The position numbers and the translations under genes are program-made. The notes below the pieces were generated by a model. The model saw only the letters and a program-made list of their open reading frames with translations, did not search any database and had not been told where the DNA came from. A DNA stretch of 63,416 bases, counting the filler, from Octopus bimaculoides (Eukaryota), in assembly GCF_001194135.2 (NCBI RefSeq). It is 9 parts of 8 records of this genome, joined end to end, with 100 filler letters (N's around TTAATTAATTAA, not from the genome) between each part and the next. Parts side by side here need not be neighbours in the genome. Positions count along the whole stretch, not along the records: positions 1 to 19,009 come from NC_069008.1; 8 more parts are not named here. One strand, 5' to 3'. Shown here piece by piece: positions 1 to 12,020 of this stretch. The number at the start of each line of letters is the position of its first letter. Position 1 is the stretch's first letter.

Positions 1-164
1 ATGGGAGTTTCTTATACATGGATAGTATTTTAATCCCTTGCAAATTGGTTTTTCCAAATTTCAAGCCCCAAAAAATTAGTGGGTTCCTTATCCACATTAA
101 AATACGGTACATATAATTCAGGTGGTGTGTTGCCTTTTTAAGCAAAAACCCTTTATCTCATGTT

Positions 165-995
165 GCAGTGGGCAGTCAGATAAATTTGGTTGTTTCTTTC
201 CAATATTATTTGAATCAATACTCTACAAGTTTGGTTTACTGTTTTTGAAATCTGAATGAATTTGATCTCTTTTGCAGGACATGCAATGGTGGTATGCCAG
301 GTAGAAAAAAAAAAATGAAAAGTGAGCGTTTCCAACACCTGCTTTTCATTTTTCAATCAAGGTTCCCAAGCTGCCAAAGAGGGCATTATTAGAAAAAGAA
401 TTTCATAGAAATAGTTTGCACCCATCAAGGAGGAAAAATTCAACCTCAGTTACTCTCTGCATTCCAGCCAACCGGTTCTGTTTAATGAGAACCGGTTGAA
501 AGAGCTCGTCCAGGAAAAACCACGCTGATTCACCATGAAATTGGCCCAGTAGTTGGAATGCTCTCATGAAACCATCACCTGTCACCATTGCTTGATGGTG
601 ACGTGGTATAATTCTTCAACATGATAATGCTCACCTGCATGCTGCTGGATTGACCGAATATACATTCGAGTGGTCAATTAGGAGGTTCTACCACACATAC
701 CATTTTCACCTCATATGGCACCTTGAGATTATCACACCTCCAACGTTTGCTCCCCAACAGTCTGTGAGGCATTTTGTTCGAGAATAACTTGGAGCTGGAA
801 ACGTGACTCGACGAATTCTTCAAGTCAAGACTAGATGATTTCTGGAGCCAAAGCACAGACAAATTTGTTGAGCATTGGCAAAAAGTTATGAACAATAAAA
901 GACAATATACTATAGATTGATTTGCTAAAGTTGTTGATAAAAAATAAGGATTAAAAGAAGTGATAAAAATCAGATTTATCTGACAACACAATATA
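165..995 (+). mobile_element. Degenerate, internally deleted mariner transposon
   Basis: Plus-strand translation gives a mariner-like N-terminus (MKSERFQHLL), an HTH segment (PVLFNENRLKELVQEKPR) and a C-terminus (QHDNAHLH...PFSPHMAP*DYH...DKFVEHWQKVMNNKRQYTID*), with stops and frameshifts. Partial TIR core GTCAGATAAAT at 175-185 and its reverse complement at 974-984. Confidence 0.85.
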
Positions 996-1622
996 AACAC
1001 AAACATACACATATAAACATACATAAACACACAAATCTATAATAATAAAAGCAAAAATTCTGTCTGTTAGTCCCCTGTATCTCGGTCTACAGGATGACCC
1101 CAGGATTAAAAATCTGCCCTTCATTTAGTTCTTGAGCATCCAGTATTGGGATCTGATTGAAAAGCATTTAGGCTGCTATTTCTAGCAGGTAAAGCTTGAT
1201 TGATTCACACCATTTTGGTTGGTGTTTGTCAGGTGATGACAGACATCAAGGGGAAGATAAATGACATTCATTTTGTTAATTTTATGTCGAGATAAGGACT
1301 TTGGGACAAATTGGCCAACAGTTGGAATTCAACTTGGGACTGGAACAGAATGATTGTATTACAGAATAAATTCTCATCCGTCCTTCAAAAACCACCGGGG
1401 CATATAGTCATTGTAGACGTATTATAGTCATGCTGTTTGACTCTCTTTAGTTTTGGGTCACAGATCCAATTAGCCCTCCACAGGAGCCAGCCTAAAAGTG
1501 CACACAGAGTGCAGCTTTTAAGCTAGTATATAAATATACTTTTTTTATTAATATTGATAGGTGCCAACAGACAAAACTCAACCCTTGAGTCACTCTGTTG
1601 CTTCAGCTTAATATTAATGAAA

Positions 1623-1658
<36 letters not shown>

Positions 1659-2703
1659 NNNNNNNNNNNNNNNNNNNNNNNNNNNNNNNNNNNNNNNNNN
1701 NNNNNNNNNNNNNNNNNNNNNNNNNNNNNNNNNNNNNNNNNNNNNNNNNNNNNNNNNNNNNNNNNNNNNNNNNNNNNNNNNNNNNNNNNNNNNNNNNNNN
1801 NNNNNNNNNNNNNNNNNNNNNNNNNNNNNNNNNNNNNNNNNNNNNNNNNNNNNNNNNNNNNNNNNNNNNNNNNNNNNNNNNNNNNNNNNNNNNNNNNNNN
1901 NNNNNNNNNNNNNNNNNNNNNTCACATGGAGAAAAATTAATAATTAAAAGCCCAATAAATGAGTTTCCCTAAAACTATATCTTTATATATATTTTACTCT
2001 GTGAAACTTAATTTAATTTTTATTTTTAATAAATTGATTTTAATTGAGTTTTTACCTGTAATTTTGAATTTTATCCCTAATATTATTATTACATATATAT
2101 ATATATCCAAGAAAGTTAGGGATGATATCTATCCAATATACTGCTGGAAGAATACCCAGTTATATTACACTAGTGTTTTTTTCATTTCATTACAAAGAGC
2201 AATAAATGGGTGCAGATAAAAAGATATTTTACCATTAATTTATATATATCATTCTTATTGCTACATATATATATATATATATACACACACATCATGTAAA
2301 CTAACTTTTCAAACCTTATTCAAAAGTAATTGAGGTAAAAATGATTGTAACACCATCGGTAATCCAATATGAAGATGTGAAACTTTGAAAGGGAGTTATG
2401 GAAGTTACATCTGCTAAAAAAAATCAGCCATAGCTTCTTCAAATCATGCCCTACTGTCTTGCAAAGGAACCTGTTCAATAATGTGTCCCTGGGCCCCTTG
2501 CACATTATAAATAACACAGGAAGGTTGCATGTAGAACATGCTTCATCCTGGCATTACTTCTTACAGTTGACCTGGGGTTAAATGACAGCAAAACACACAT
2601 ACACACACAACGTGCTAGAAATAATAACTAAATCCCACTAAAATCATATCTCGTTTGTTTGAGAAGGGACAGATAGAATGATAGGGTCCTGGCTTCTATA
2701 TGG

Positions 2704-3098
2704 TCATCCTACCTGTTAGAAATAGCAACAACATCTCACTCAAATCACAGAGCCATCTGTCTTACATATGATTACATGGTTAAGTATATCTGTTAGAAAG
2801 AGCAGCTAAATCTCCTTCAAATCACACCCTGCTACCTTCGAAATGACAGATGGGAAAATAAGATCCTACCTTTAATGCGATCATCCTACCTGTTAGAAAC
2901 AGCAGCAACATCTCACTCAAATCACAGAGCCATCTGTCTTACATATGATTACATGGTTAAGTATATTTGTTAGAAAGAGCAGCTAAATCTCTTTCAAATC
3001 ACACCCTGCTACCTTCAAAATGACAGATGGGAAAATAAGATCCTACCTTTAACGCGATCATCCTACCTGTTAGAAACAGCAGCAACATCTCACTCAAA
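2704..3098. repeat. 177-bp tandem repeat, about 2.2 copies
   Basis: Unit start TCATCCTACCTGTTAGAAA at 2704, 2881 and 3058; copies nearly identical. Confidence 0.9.
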
Positions 3099-3776
3099 CA
3101 ACATCAGCAGCAGTCTGTGTGTCAAAATCCTGTGTCACTCGTGTTCAATTAACAAACCGTACCCTTTCTCTTTCCCCTCTCCCTCTCTCTCTCTCAGTAA
3201 GCATCTAGTTATGTTTGTTGCATGTGTAGTACTCTCACCTTTTCCTTCTCTCCATTCATGCGTTTTTCTCTTTCCACATATGAGAAGACGAAAAGTGTTT
3301 ACGTCAATTCTCTTCAATTAATAAATTGTAATCTCTCTCTCTCTCTTTCTCCCATTCGATCACTGCTTTCTCTCTCTCTCACTCTGTATGAACAACTTTC
3401 TCTTCGCGTGTATGAGGAGAGGGTAAGTCTTAACATTAATCCTCTTTAATTAACGAACTAAACTTTGTCTCTTGCTATCTGTACGTGTGTAGTTCTGCAT
3501 TCATATGTGCTAGCGTGAGTGCACGTGTGTATTTCCCCTCTGGTTCCAAAAAACTTACAATTGCCAAAACAGACCAGAAGTCCAGTCAGCCATGCCAAAT
3601 AGTCAGCATCCAGCAGCAGAGCCCAAATGTCTCACTCAGAGGAAAGATATGGTATTGTCACAAATAGGTTATGTTTCACCATAAGTCTACTACATTAGGG
3701 TTGACCTAGGGCTAAATTACAACACACAGAATGAAAAACAATATACCTATATACATACATACATATATATATATAT

Positions 3777-4330
3777 CATCATCATCATCATCATCGTTTA
3801 ACGTCCGCTTTCCATGCTAGCATGGGTTGGACGATTTGACTGAGGACTGATGAAACCGGATGGCAACACCAGGCTCCAGTCTGATTTGGCAGAGTTTCTA
3901 CAGCTGGATGCCCTTCCTAACGCCAACCACTCAGAGAGTGTAGTGGGTGCTTTTACGTGTCACCCGCACGAAAACGGCCACGCTCGAAATGGTGTCTTTT
4001 ATGTGCCACCCGCACAAGCCAGTCCAGGGGCACTGGCNNNNNNNNNNNNNNNNNNNNNNNNNNNNNNNNNNNNNNNNNNNNNNNNNNNNNNNNNNNNNNN
4101 NNNNNNNNNNNNNNNNNNNNNNNNNNNNNNNNNNNNNNNNNNNNNNNNNNNNNNNNNNNNNNNNNNNNNNNNNNNNNNNNNNNNNNNNNNNNNNNNNNNN
4201 NNNNNNNNNNNNNNNNNNNNNNNNNNNNNNNNNNNNNNNNNNNNNNNNNNNNNNATCGCCTCGGTGAGGCCCAATGTACGAAGGTCTTGCCTCACCACCT
4301 CAGCCCAGGTCTTCCTGGGCCTACCTCTTC
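3777..4330 (-). mobile_element. RTE-clade LINE 3' end (end of RT plus 3' UTR, (GAT)n tail), with internal gap
   Basis: Minus strand reads RGRPRKTWAEVVRQDLRTLGLTEA, then a 3' UTR shared with copies at 6594, 10800, 12021, 54112, 58166 and 61589. Confidence 0.85.
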
Positions 4331-4525
4331 GCTATGATAGATCGTTGACCAAACACCATTCAATTTTTTTTCTCCGTGTTTTTCTCCTTGTTTTCTCCGT
4401 ATTCTTTCTGTTGAAGAGCGTAGCTCAAAACGTTAAAGACTTTCCGTATTCCCGAGCGTCAAACTAATACATCCTTTTGTTGTTTACACCACCTGTCCTC
4501 GTCTGTTGTTTTTTTTCGTACATTC
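4331..4525 (+). mobile_element. Possible Penelope-like element tail
   Basis: Contains TGAAGAGCGTAGCTCAAAACGT and ACACCACCTGTCCTCGTC; a related inverted copy lies near 42100-42235. Family assignment is from recall only. Confidence 0.35.
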
Positions 4526-4654
4526 TCCCATATATATACACACACACAGAGACAACACAAGATATGCACAACAAATACATGCACACAGATAAATGAATAT
4601 ACATAGACAACACTCAACATATACAACAAATACACATTCACAAATATATCCTCA

Positions 4655-4850
4655 TCATTAAACATCTGCTTTCCATGCTGGCATGGGTTGGATGGTTTGA
4701 AAAGAGCTGGCCAAGCTGGAGCCTGCACCACGGTCCAATTGTCTGTTTTTGGCATGGTTTCTATGGCTGGATGCCCTCCTTAAGGCCAATCACTTTACAG
4801 AGTGTACTGAGTGTGCTTTTTGTCTGGCACCAACACCAGTGTTATTACGT
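4655..4850 (-). mobile_element. Diverged RTE-3'-UTR-like retroelement fragment
   Basis: CTTTCCATGCTGGCATGGGTTGGA...GCTGGATGCCCT motifs shared with the RTE tails. Confidence 0.65.
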
Positions 4851-5634
4851 GGCACCTGTGCTGGTGCCACATATGTGGCAGAGGCAATTGCTAATACTCG
4901 GTTTTGCACCTTTAATGATAAGACAGAGGGGTGCCTGCGAAAGACACAGGGAATCGGTCCTCAAGCAAACAAAATGACACAGAGTGGACATACGAAAGTA
5001 AAAAAAAAAATGTAATTCAAAATGATGGACAAGGATTGAATATGGCGGCCTTGCAGCCAAAAGACAAGAATGGTGGGTAACGCTTAGAAACACATCATGA
5101 AGGATATAGATAACGGTAAATAGCAAGACGAAGAAAGTATTTTTTTGTGACCAAAGCGCTGGGCAGCCAGTAGGAAAGAGAGAACAAAGAAAAGCTGGCC
5201 AGGGCGCATGTGTCAGCAGCAGCCAGAGGAGAAAAGGGAGAGAGAAGGACAGAGAGAAGATAGAGAGAAAAATAAGGGAAGAAAGGAAGGGGGGAAAAGG
5301 AGAAAAGCTGTAAATACAAGTGAGAGGGCGAGAGAGAGAGAGAGAGAGAGAAAAAGGGGAGAGTGGAGAGGTTAGAAAAGAAGAAAGAGTAGAGTCACAC
5401 AGAAGGTATAAAAACTTACTGTTAATAAAAGTCTGGTGTGTGTTGCATACCGTTATTAATAAATGAACGGAAAATGCATTGTAAATGAACGACAGATAAA
5501 AAACGTAGACATTTCAAGACACAGAATTAGGGAGCCTCTGTGTCTTACACGTATATGTTCTTTATCTGTCGTTGTTTATTTACAATGCATGTTTGCATTC
5601 AATTTTATATAGATATATAAGTATATATATATAA

Positions 5635-5785
5635 GCAAGGGGTTTCTTTCAGTTTCTGTTTACCAAATCCACTCGCAAGGTTTTGATCAGCCCAGGGCTA
5701 TTAGTAGACAACACTTACTCCGAGGTGTCAAACAGCAGGACTGAACTCAAAACCAAGTGCTTGGGAAACAGGCTTCCTACCACAC
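5635..5785 (-). mobile_element. tRNA-derived SINE family A, 5' part
   Basis: Reverse complement of the head seen at 17288 and 56082 (GTGGTA...GGTTCAGTCC...GGATTTGGTAGAC). Confidence 0.7.
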
Positions 5786-5878
5786 ACACACACATAGCCT
5801 CTGCCTATAACCCCCCCACGCACGCACACACACATACATACGTACACATATATTACTGTATCCATCAAAAGGACTTAC

Positions 5879-6033
5879 TTTTCTGAATAGACGTTGACTT
5901 CCCCCTCCAGCGGCCACGGGGAAATATATGTAGACGTTATGGTCCTCCGCATCGACAGGTTTCTCAACAAAGGGCTTCTGGAACACATCGCCAGACATCT
6001 CGATGCAATCTTCCGTTTCGGTGAACTGTAGGT
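5879..6033 (-). CDS. PPIP5K: PPIP5K/VIP1 inositol hexakisphosphate and diphosphoinositol-pentakisphosphate kinase, kinase-domain exon (155 nt)
   Basis: ctgcag|AC...AAA|gtaagt with a long polypyrimidine tract. Translates (D)[51 protein letters not shown], matching the conserved PPIP5K motif [19 protein letters not shown]...[10 protein letters not shown]. Confidence 0.97.
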
Positions 6034-6240
6034 CTGCAGATTCAAGGAGAGAGAGAGAAAGAGAGAGAGAAAGAGAGACATCGTTTCAGAAGGTGGAGGT
6101 GGTTTTATTATAACAGCAACAACCACCACTAATTACTAACTATTAACGAGCTAATCGGGGAGCATCTACATCAGTGGTTCTCGACCGGGGTCCATATAAA
6201 ATTTTGTTCGTTTATGTGCAATAAATTGGTTATACGTCTA

Positions 6241-6405
6241 GGCCCAGGCGTGGCTGTGTGGTAAGAAGCTTGATTCCCACCCATATGGTCCTGGGTTCAG
6301 TTCCACTGCATGACATTTGGGGCAAGTGTCTTCCACTATAGCTCCAGGTCAACCAAATCCTAGTCAATGGATTTGGTAGAGGGAAACTAAAAGAGGCCCA
6401 CCATT
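6241..6405 (+). mobile_element. SINE family A, 5' part
   Basis: GGCGTGGCTGTGTGGTAAGAAGCTT...GGGTTCAG head with A/B-box-like motifs. Confidence 0.75.
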
Positions 6406-6593
6406 AATGTTATATTGCCTGAAGAAATGAATCCATGAAGATGTTCAACCGGATGGCCATGGATCCTATGAACTACACTGAATCATCTCAAGAATATGGA
6501 CTGTGATCTTAAGATGTGTAATTTGTGGAAAGACACGGATTATTGTAAGTTGGTCACAAGGCCTAAATAACAAGGACACATTAGATGATGATG

Positions 6594-6804
6594 ATCATCA
6601 TCATCATTGTTTAACGTCCGCTTTCCATGCTAGCATGGGTTGGACGATTTGACTGAGGACTGGTGAAACCGGATGGCAACACCAGGCTCCAATCTGATTT
6701 GGCAGAGTTTCTACAGCTGGATGCCCTTCCTAACGCCAACCACTCAGAGAGTGTAGTGGGTGCTTTTACGTGTCACCCGCACGAAAACGGCCACGCTCGA
6801 AATG
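6594..6804 (-). mobile_element. RTE LINE 3' tail
   Basis: Near-identical to 3785-3990. Confidence 0.85.
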
Positions 6805-6981
6805 CTGATGTAGTCCTAAATGCGCTATTATTTTAAAAAACAAGATACGATGGTCACAGCTGGAAAATTTTTAATTGTGGTTCTGCAAGATCAAACCTGA
6901 CCTGTCTCAATATGACAGTAACAACAATCTGTAAGGCCATGTCTAAATATCAAATAGTTTCAACTGAGAATGAAATCTTAC

Positions 6982-7067
6982 CAGTCTCATCATTGGCATC
7001 ACGATTCAGGACAGCATAACGTGGGTGAGCGATGCATTCTTTCTTTAGTATTTTGTAGACTTCTCTC
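6982..7067 (-). CDS. PPIP5K: PPIP5K exon (86 nt)
   Basis: ttaacag|G...CTG|gtaaga. Translates (R)REVYKILKKECIAHPRYAVLNRDANDET(D), homologous to PPIP5K REVY-IL---GI--PRYA-LNRD. Phase 2 start and phase 1 end fit both flanking exons. Confidence 0.95.
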
Positions 7068-7139
7068 CTGTTAAGTAAAGAAAAAAATGGAGAAAAAACA
7101 GTATGTTGAAATCCTGCTCATTGTAATCATCATGATTCA

Positions 7140-7885
7140 TTAACCGTTTTGATACCAACCCGGCTGAAACCAGCTCTGGTTCTGTAGTACAAATGTCTTG
7201 TTTTCAAAAGTTCTGGATTAAAATCTTCCTCCAAACCTTAGTCACAATTTATGTTCCTAACACTAGCTGAATGATAACGATGTTATTTTACTAAATTCTT
7301 TGTTATATTTAAAACTAATTGAAAGAAAAATAATCAGCAGACGACATGAGAGAATGAGACCTCAATGTGGTCACTCTATACGCTAGAAATAACAGCCTAA
7401 ATTTCCTTCAAGCCAAACCCTTCCAACTGCTTCAAATGTCCATCTGCTCAAATGTAGAGGTGTTTTTAATCCTTTCAATACCAACCCGGCTATAATCACC
7501 TCTGGCTCTGTAGAACAAATGTCTTGTTTTCATAAGTTCTGAATTAAAATCTTCCTCCAAACCTTAGTCACAATTTATGTTCCTAACACTAGCTTAATGA
7601 TAACCAAGTTATTTTACTAAATTCTTTGTTATATTTAAAACTAATTGAAAGAAACACACAACATCTCAACAGAAATACGGTAACAAAAGGGTTAAGAAGA
7701 AAAATAATCAGCAGAAGACATGAGAGAAGGAGACCTTGTTGTGGTCACTCTATATGCTAGAAATAGTAGCCTAAATTTCTTTCAATCCACAGCCTTCCAA
7801 CTGCTTCTAATGTGCATCTGCCCAAATGTAAAAGTATGTTTAACCCTTTTGATACCAGGCTGGCTGAAACCACCTCTGGCTCTAA
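7140..7885. mobile_element. Tandem array of a TTAA-flanked (piggyBac-type) MITE plus a ~140-bp spacer
   Basis: Most complete copy 7466-7695 runs TTAATCCTTT...AAAAGGGTTAA. Truncated copies start at 7140 and 7840. Spacer repeated at about 7327-7465 and 7700-7839. Confidence 0.65.
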
Positions 7886-8001
7886 CAACAAACTCAGTAG
7901 ATAGAGACCCAATATGAATTAGCACCAAATCTAATATATTTTTTAAGCAAAACAAAACCAAAGAAGGCGGGGGTGGGGGTGAAATCAGAAGGTCAGCTCA
8001 C

Positions 8002-8117
8002 CTGTCTTGAAGGACATACTGCATTTGAAGGTCGTTAATCATGAAAGGGTTACGCAGTTTCTCATACTGTACAGCTTTCTCAAGTGGGAACCCATTGGAG
8101 AAAAAGGCAATGAGGGC
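8002..8117 (-). CDS. PPIP5K: PPIP5K exon, 5' part lost in the N gap
   Basis: [39 protein letters not shown] followed by AG|gtgagc; matches PPIP5K LISF-S-GFPL-KAV-Y-KLRNPF-INDL-MQY--QDR. Confidence 0.96.
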
Positions 8118-8363
8118 NNNNNNNNNNNNNNNNNNNNNNNNNNNNNNNNNNNNNNNNNNNNNNNNNNNNNNNNNNNNNNNNNNNNNNNNNNNNNNNNNNN
8201 NNNNNNNNNNNNNNNNNNNNNNNNNNNNNNNNNNNNNNNNNNNNNNNNNNNNNNNNNNNNNNNNNNNNNNNNNNNNNNNNNNNNNNNNNNNNNNNNNNNN
8301 NNNNNNNNNNNNNNNNNNNNNNNNNNNNNNNNNNNNNNNNNNNNNNNNNNNNNNNNNNNNNNN

Positions 8364-8860
8364 ATTATTATTATTGAGTGAGAGAGCAGTGCATACCATC
8401 AAAGTGACACTGGGGTACAAATATACGAAGCCCAGTATACCCATCATGACTACCCGTCTGATAAGGGTACACCAGGCACATGCATCACAACCATATTTGC
8501 ACAACATGGTGATCTTATATCAAGATAAACAGCGCATGACCTCGCAGGTGGGGTCCAGTTAGAATTTTCTTCAGGTCAAGTAGCCCATCTCGCTCAAAAG
8601 GTCCTTGAATAAGGTTTGTTTAAGGATGTTGAACAAAACACCCATGTTTCCAGAGGTGGACTATTCAAACCCCAAAGAATTCCTCTCAACACATGGCTAT
8701 GATGCCCCCCCACTACTTCTGTTCATGATCAGAGATGCACATATCGTCAGACACCAAGGGACATGCTCAACTGGTTAAGGTCAAACAACTGACAAGCAAA
8801 TCTGTGGTATTGAGCAGAATATTTGCTGTAGCCCATTTTCTTATACCAAGACAAAACAAT
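8364..8860 (-). mobile_element. (AAT)n-tailed retroelement 3' region
   Basis: Same sequence occurs in the opposite orientation at 49443-49788, ending CACTGCTCTCTCA-TCAATAATAAT. Confidence 0.7.
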
Positions 8861-8864
8861 GTAC

Positions 8865-9005
8865 AACTTTGCCTTTCATCCTTTCGGGGTCGATAAATTA
8901 AGTACCAGTTATGCACTGGGGTCGATGTAATCGACTTGATCCCTTTGTCTGTCCTTGTTTGTTCCGTCTATGTTTAGCCCTTTGTGGGCAATAAAGAAAT
9001 AAGAA
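8865..9005 (+). mobile_element. SINE family B (Deu/Nin-domain-like core), 3' part
   Basis: CTTTGCCTTTCATCCTTTCGGGGTCGATAAATTAAGTACCAG core. Confidence 0.75.
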
Positions 9006-9386
9006 ATATAATGATGATGATAGACTCACACACACACATGCCAATACAGTAAAACAGACACACACACACACACACACAATTGCAGATAAACAGTGAAACT
9101 GACATATATGCATACATACTTGCACATAAGTAGTGAAACAGATACAAATGCATGCGCACACACCTGTAGATATACAATGAAACAAATACACACACACCTG
9201 CAGATAAACTGAAACACACACACACAGACAAACAATGGAACAGATACATTAATACACACACAGGAAAAATATAGAAGCACCCACACACACACTCACACAA
9301 AAAGACAAACATTGAGAGAAAGAGAGAGAAGATGGAAGGAGACACAGACATGCCATGGACAGACAGACAGACAGAAAGCTACATAC

Positions 9387-9518
9387 CGATTTAATGATCA
9401 AATCTTCTCCAACATAGAAGGAAGGTCGGCACTCCGGGAAATCCGCACAACTCAAGTCGTCAGTCAAATTATCAAACGACTCCACAGGGTACATCGTCGG
9501 AAAGTTGCCAGTCGACAT
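9387..9518 (-). CDS. PPIP5K: Probable first coding exon of PPIP5K (exon may start at acceptor 9536)
   Basis: MSTGNFPTMYPVESFDNLTDDLSCADFPECRPSFYVGEDLIIKS then TCG|gtatgt. PSFYVGED resembles the PRFFVGPED N-terminal motif of vertebrate PPIP5K2 (from recall), and the exon lies directly upstream of the kinase exons. Confidence 0.7.
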
Positions 9519-10799
9519 TTTGGTTTCGTCTAATTTCTACACGCATACATAACAATACATACTTATAAATAAATTTATATATACACGGTCGATTGGTTCT
9601 TCCATAAAAACATGATTTTATGGTGCTAGATAAAATTCTGTAGATGTACACGCATATTTATGGTGCGTTGTGAACTTTCTTAAGTGCAGCATAAGCAAAT
9701 GCACGTACTTTTAAGTATGTATGTATGTATGTATGTATTATATGAGACTTTAGCAGAGGAACATGGGTGTATAATCACAGCAGCACATTTCTGGAAAAGA
9801 AGAAGAAAGATGAAATTAAAGAAATATATAAGGAACTTTTTTAAAACGGGGGCCACATTTTTCATTAACGAAACACTTTGAAACTTGGAACACTGGTAGA
9901 ATGTGGCATATAAAACATCTTTTTCTCTTAGTCTTCTTTAAAAAAAAAGAAATCCATAAGTTATTCCATGTTAAAGTTGTCGTATTTCTGTAATTTCAAC
10001 CAATCACTGACGTCCATTCAGCCGATATANNNNNNNNNNNNNNNNNNNNNNNNNNNNNNNNNNNNNNNNNNNNNNNNNNNNNNNNNNNNNNNNNNNNNNN
10101 NNNNNNNNNNNNNNNNNNNNNNNNNNNNNNNNNNNNNNNNNNNNNNNNNNNNNNNNNNNNNNNNNNNNNNNNNNNNNNNNNNNNNNNNNNNNNNNNNNNN
10201 NNNNNNNNNNNNNNNNNNNNNNNNNNNNNNNNNNNNNNNNNNNNNNNNNNNNNNNNNNNNNNNNNNNNNNNNNNNNNNNNNNNNNNNNNNNNNNNNNNNN
10301 NNNNNNNNNNNNNNNNNNNNNNNNNNNAACAACTGTATATAAAACATCTTAATATTTCTTGTACACAACCTATATGCATATATATATATATATATATATA
10401 TAGGTATAAGCTAGGATTGTTTAAACATTCAAGGGATAGGCTAGAAGTGTTTAAGCAACCAAGGGATAATTAAATCCGAAGGCACTCCGGGAGATTACCT
10501 GTGTGGGTACCGTCTTTGTTAGGAGGTATCCAGAGGCAGGTAATTTATCGTTTAAACCGCAGTTTATAATTATAATCAAGTGGAGAATGGAGAAACAAAC
10601 ACAAGAAGAAGCAGGTCAATTGCGCTAGTTAGCCATTGATTTAATTATGTGGAGATTTTATAATGATTCATTGACGATCGTTTCGGATGTGCCAATTTGA
10701 TTGGCAGATCTCTTCAGAATGTTGAGAAGTGTGTTAAAGTTCATGGTGTGAGAGATGCAGGAGTAACAGTTAGAGGATATAGTAATGCATATAGTGCTA

Positions 10800-10937
10800 T
10801 CATCATCATCATCATCGTTTAACGTCAGCTTTCCATGCTAGCATGGGTTGGACGATTTGACTGAGGACTGGTGAAACCAGATGGCTACACCAGGCTCCAA
10901 TCTGATTTGGCAGAGTTTCTACAGCTGGATGTCCTTC
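10800..10937 (-). mobile_element. RTE LINE 3' tail (short)
   Basis: CATCATCGTTTAACGTCAGCTTTCCATGCTAGCATGGG... Confidence 0.85.
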
Positions 10938-11583
10938 TATATATATATATATTACAATAAATAATGGAGATTGGTACGTCTGCATGTTTTTTATTTTTAC
11001 AGTAAGTTATACTCCATAATTGGTTTAAATATGACCAACACGTGTTTCTGCTGCATAGAGAACTAAGCAATTACAATTTACATCCAGCAATTTTCGACTA
11101 TGCACTTTTATTCAAGTTCTGCCCACAGATGTGGTTTGAAGTGAACTGAAGGCATTCATGCATGGTGAATGTATCTTGCTAGATTACAATGGTTTTAAAG
11201 AGAAAGAAAGGAAGTGTGTGTGGGGGGGATTGAGGAACCTGATATGGCTATAAAAATAACTATGTGGTCGAATTCATCCTGACCTTAGGTTGAAGTTTCA
11301 AACTGAGAATCGAGACGCCTAAGTAGGTCAAAGTGTACTTTTAGATTAAGACTTTACTGTTTTTCAATGTTGCGTGCAACATCTGTAAATTTTGGATTTT
11401 CCCATGCTGTGGGACTGAACCCAGAACAGTGTTTCTTATCGCATGGCCACACCTGCAAGCTATAGTTATATGCCTGCCATGACTGTCATCACACCACAAA
11501 ATTTGATTACATTTCTAAAGAAATAGCGCAGAAAACACCTGCCCTTACCCAGTGTCACGCACATTGGGCCCTCTATGTACTAT

Positions 11584-11624
<41 letters not shown>

Positions 11625-12020
11625 CATATATANNNNNNNNNNNNNNNNNNNNNNNNNNNNNNNNNNNNNNNNNNNNNNNNNNNNNNNNNNNNNNNNNNNN
11701 NNNNNNNNNNNNNNNNNNNNNNNNNNNNNNNNNNNNNNNNNNNNNNNNNNNNNNNNNNNNNNNNNNNNNNNNNNNNNNNNNNNNNNNNNNNNNNNNNNNN
11801 NNNNNNNNNNNNNNNNNNNNNNNNNNNNNNNNNNNNNNNNNNNNNNNNNNNNNNNNNNNNNNNNNNNNNNNNNNNNNNNNNNNNNNNNNNNNNNNNNNNN
11901 NNNNNNNNNNNNNNNNNNNNNNNNNNNNNNNNNNNNNNNNNNNNNNNNNNNNNNNNNNNNNNNNNNNNNNNNNNNNNNNNNNNNNNNNNNNNNNNNNNNN
12001 NNNNNNNNNNNNNNNNNNNN

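Noticed and set aside
3563-3640. Strong minus-strand donor (ATT|gtaagt) with a hydrophobic upstream frame, as a possible PPIP5K exon
   Set aside because: No good acceptor, a stop in the required phase 0 frame, and no PPIP5K similarity.
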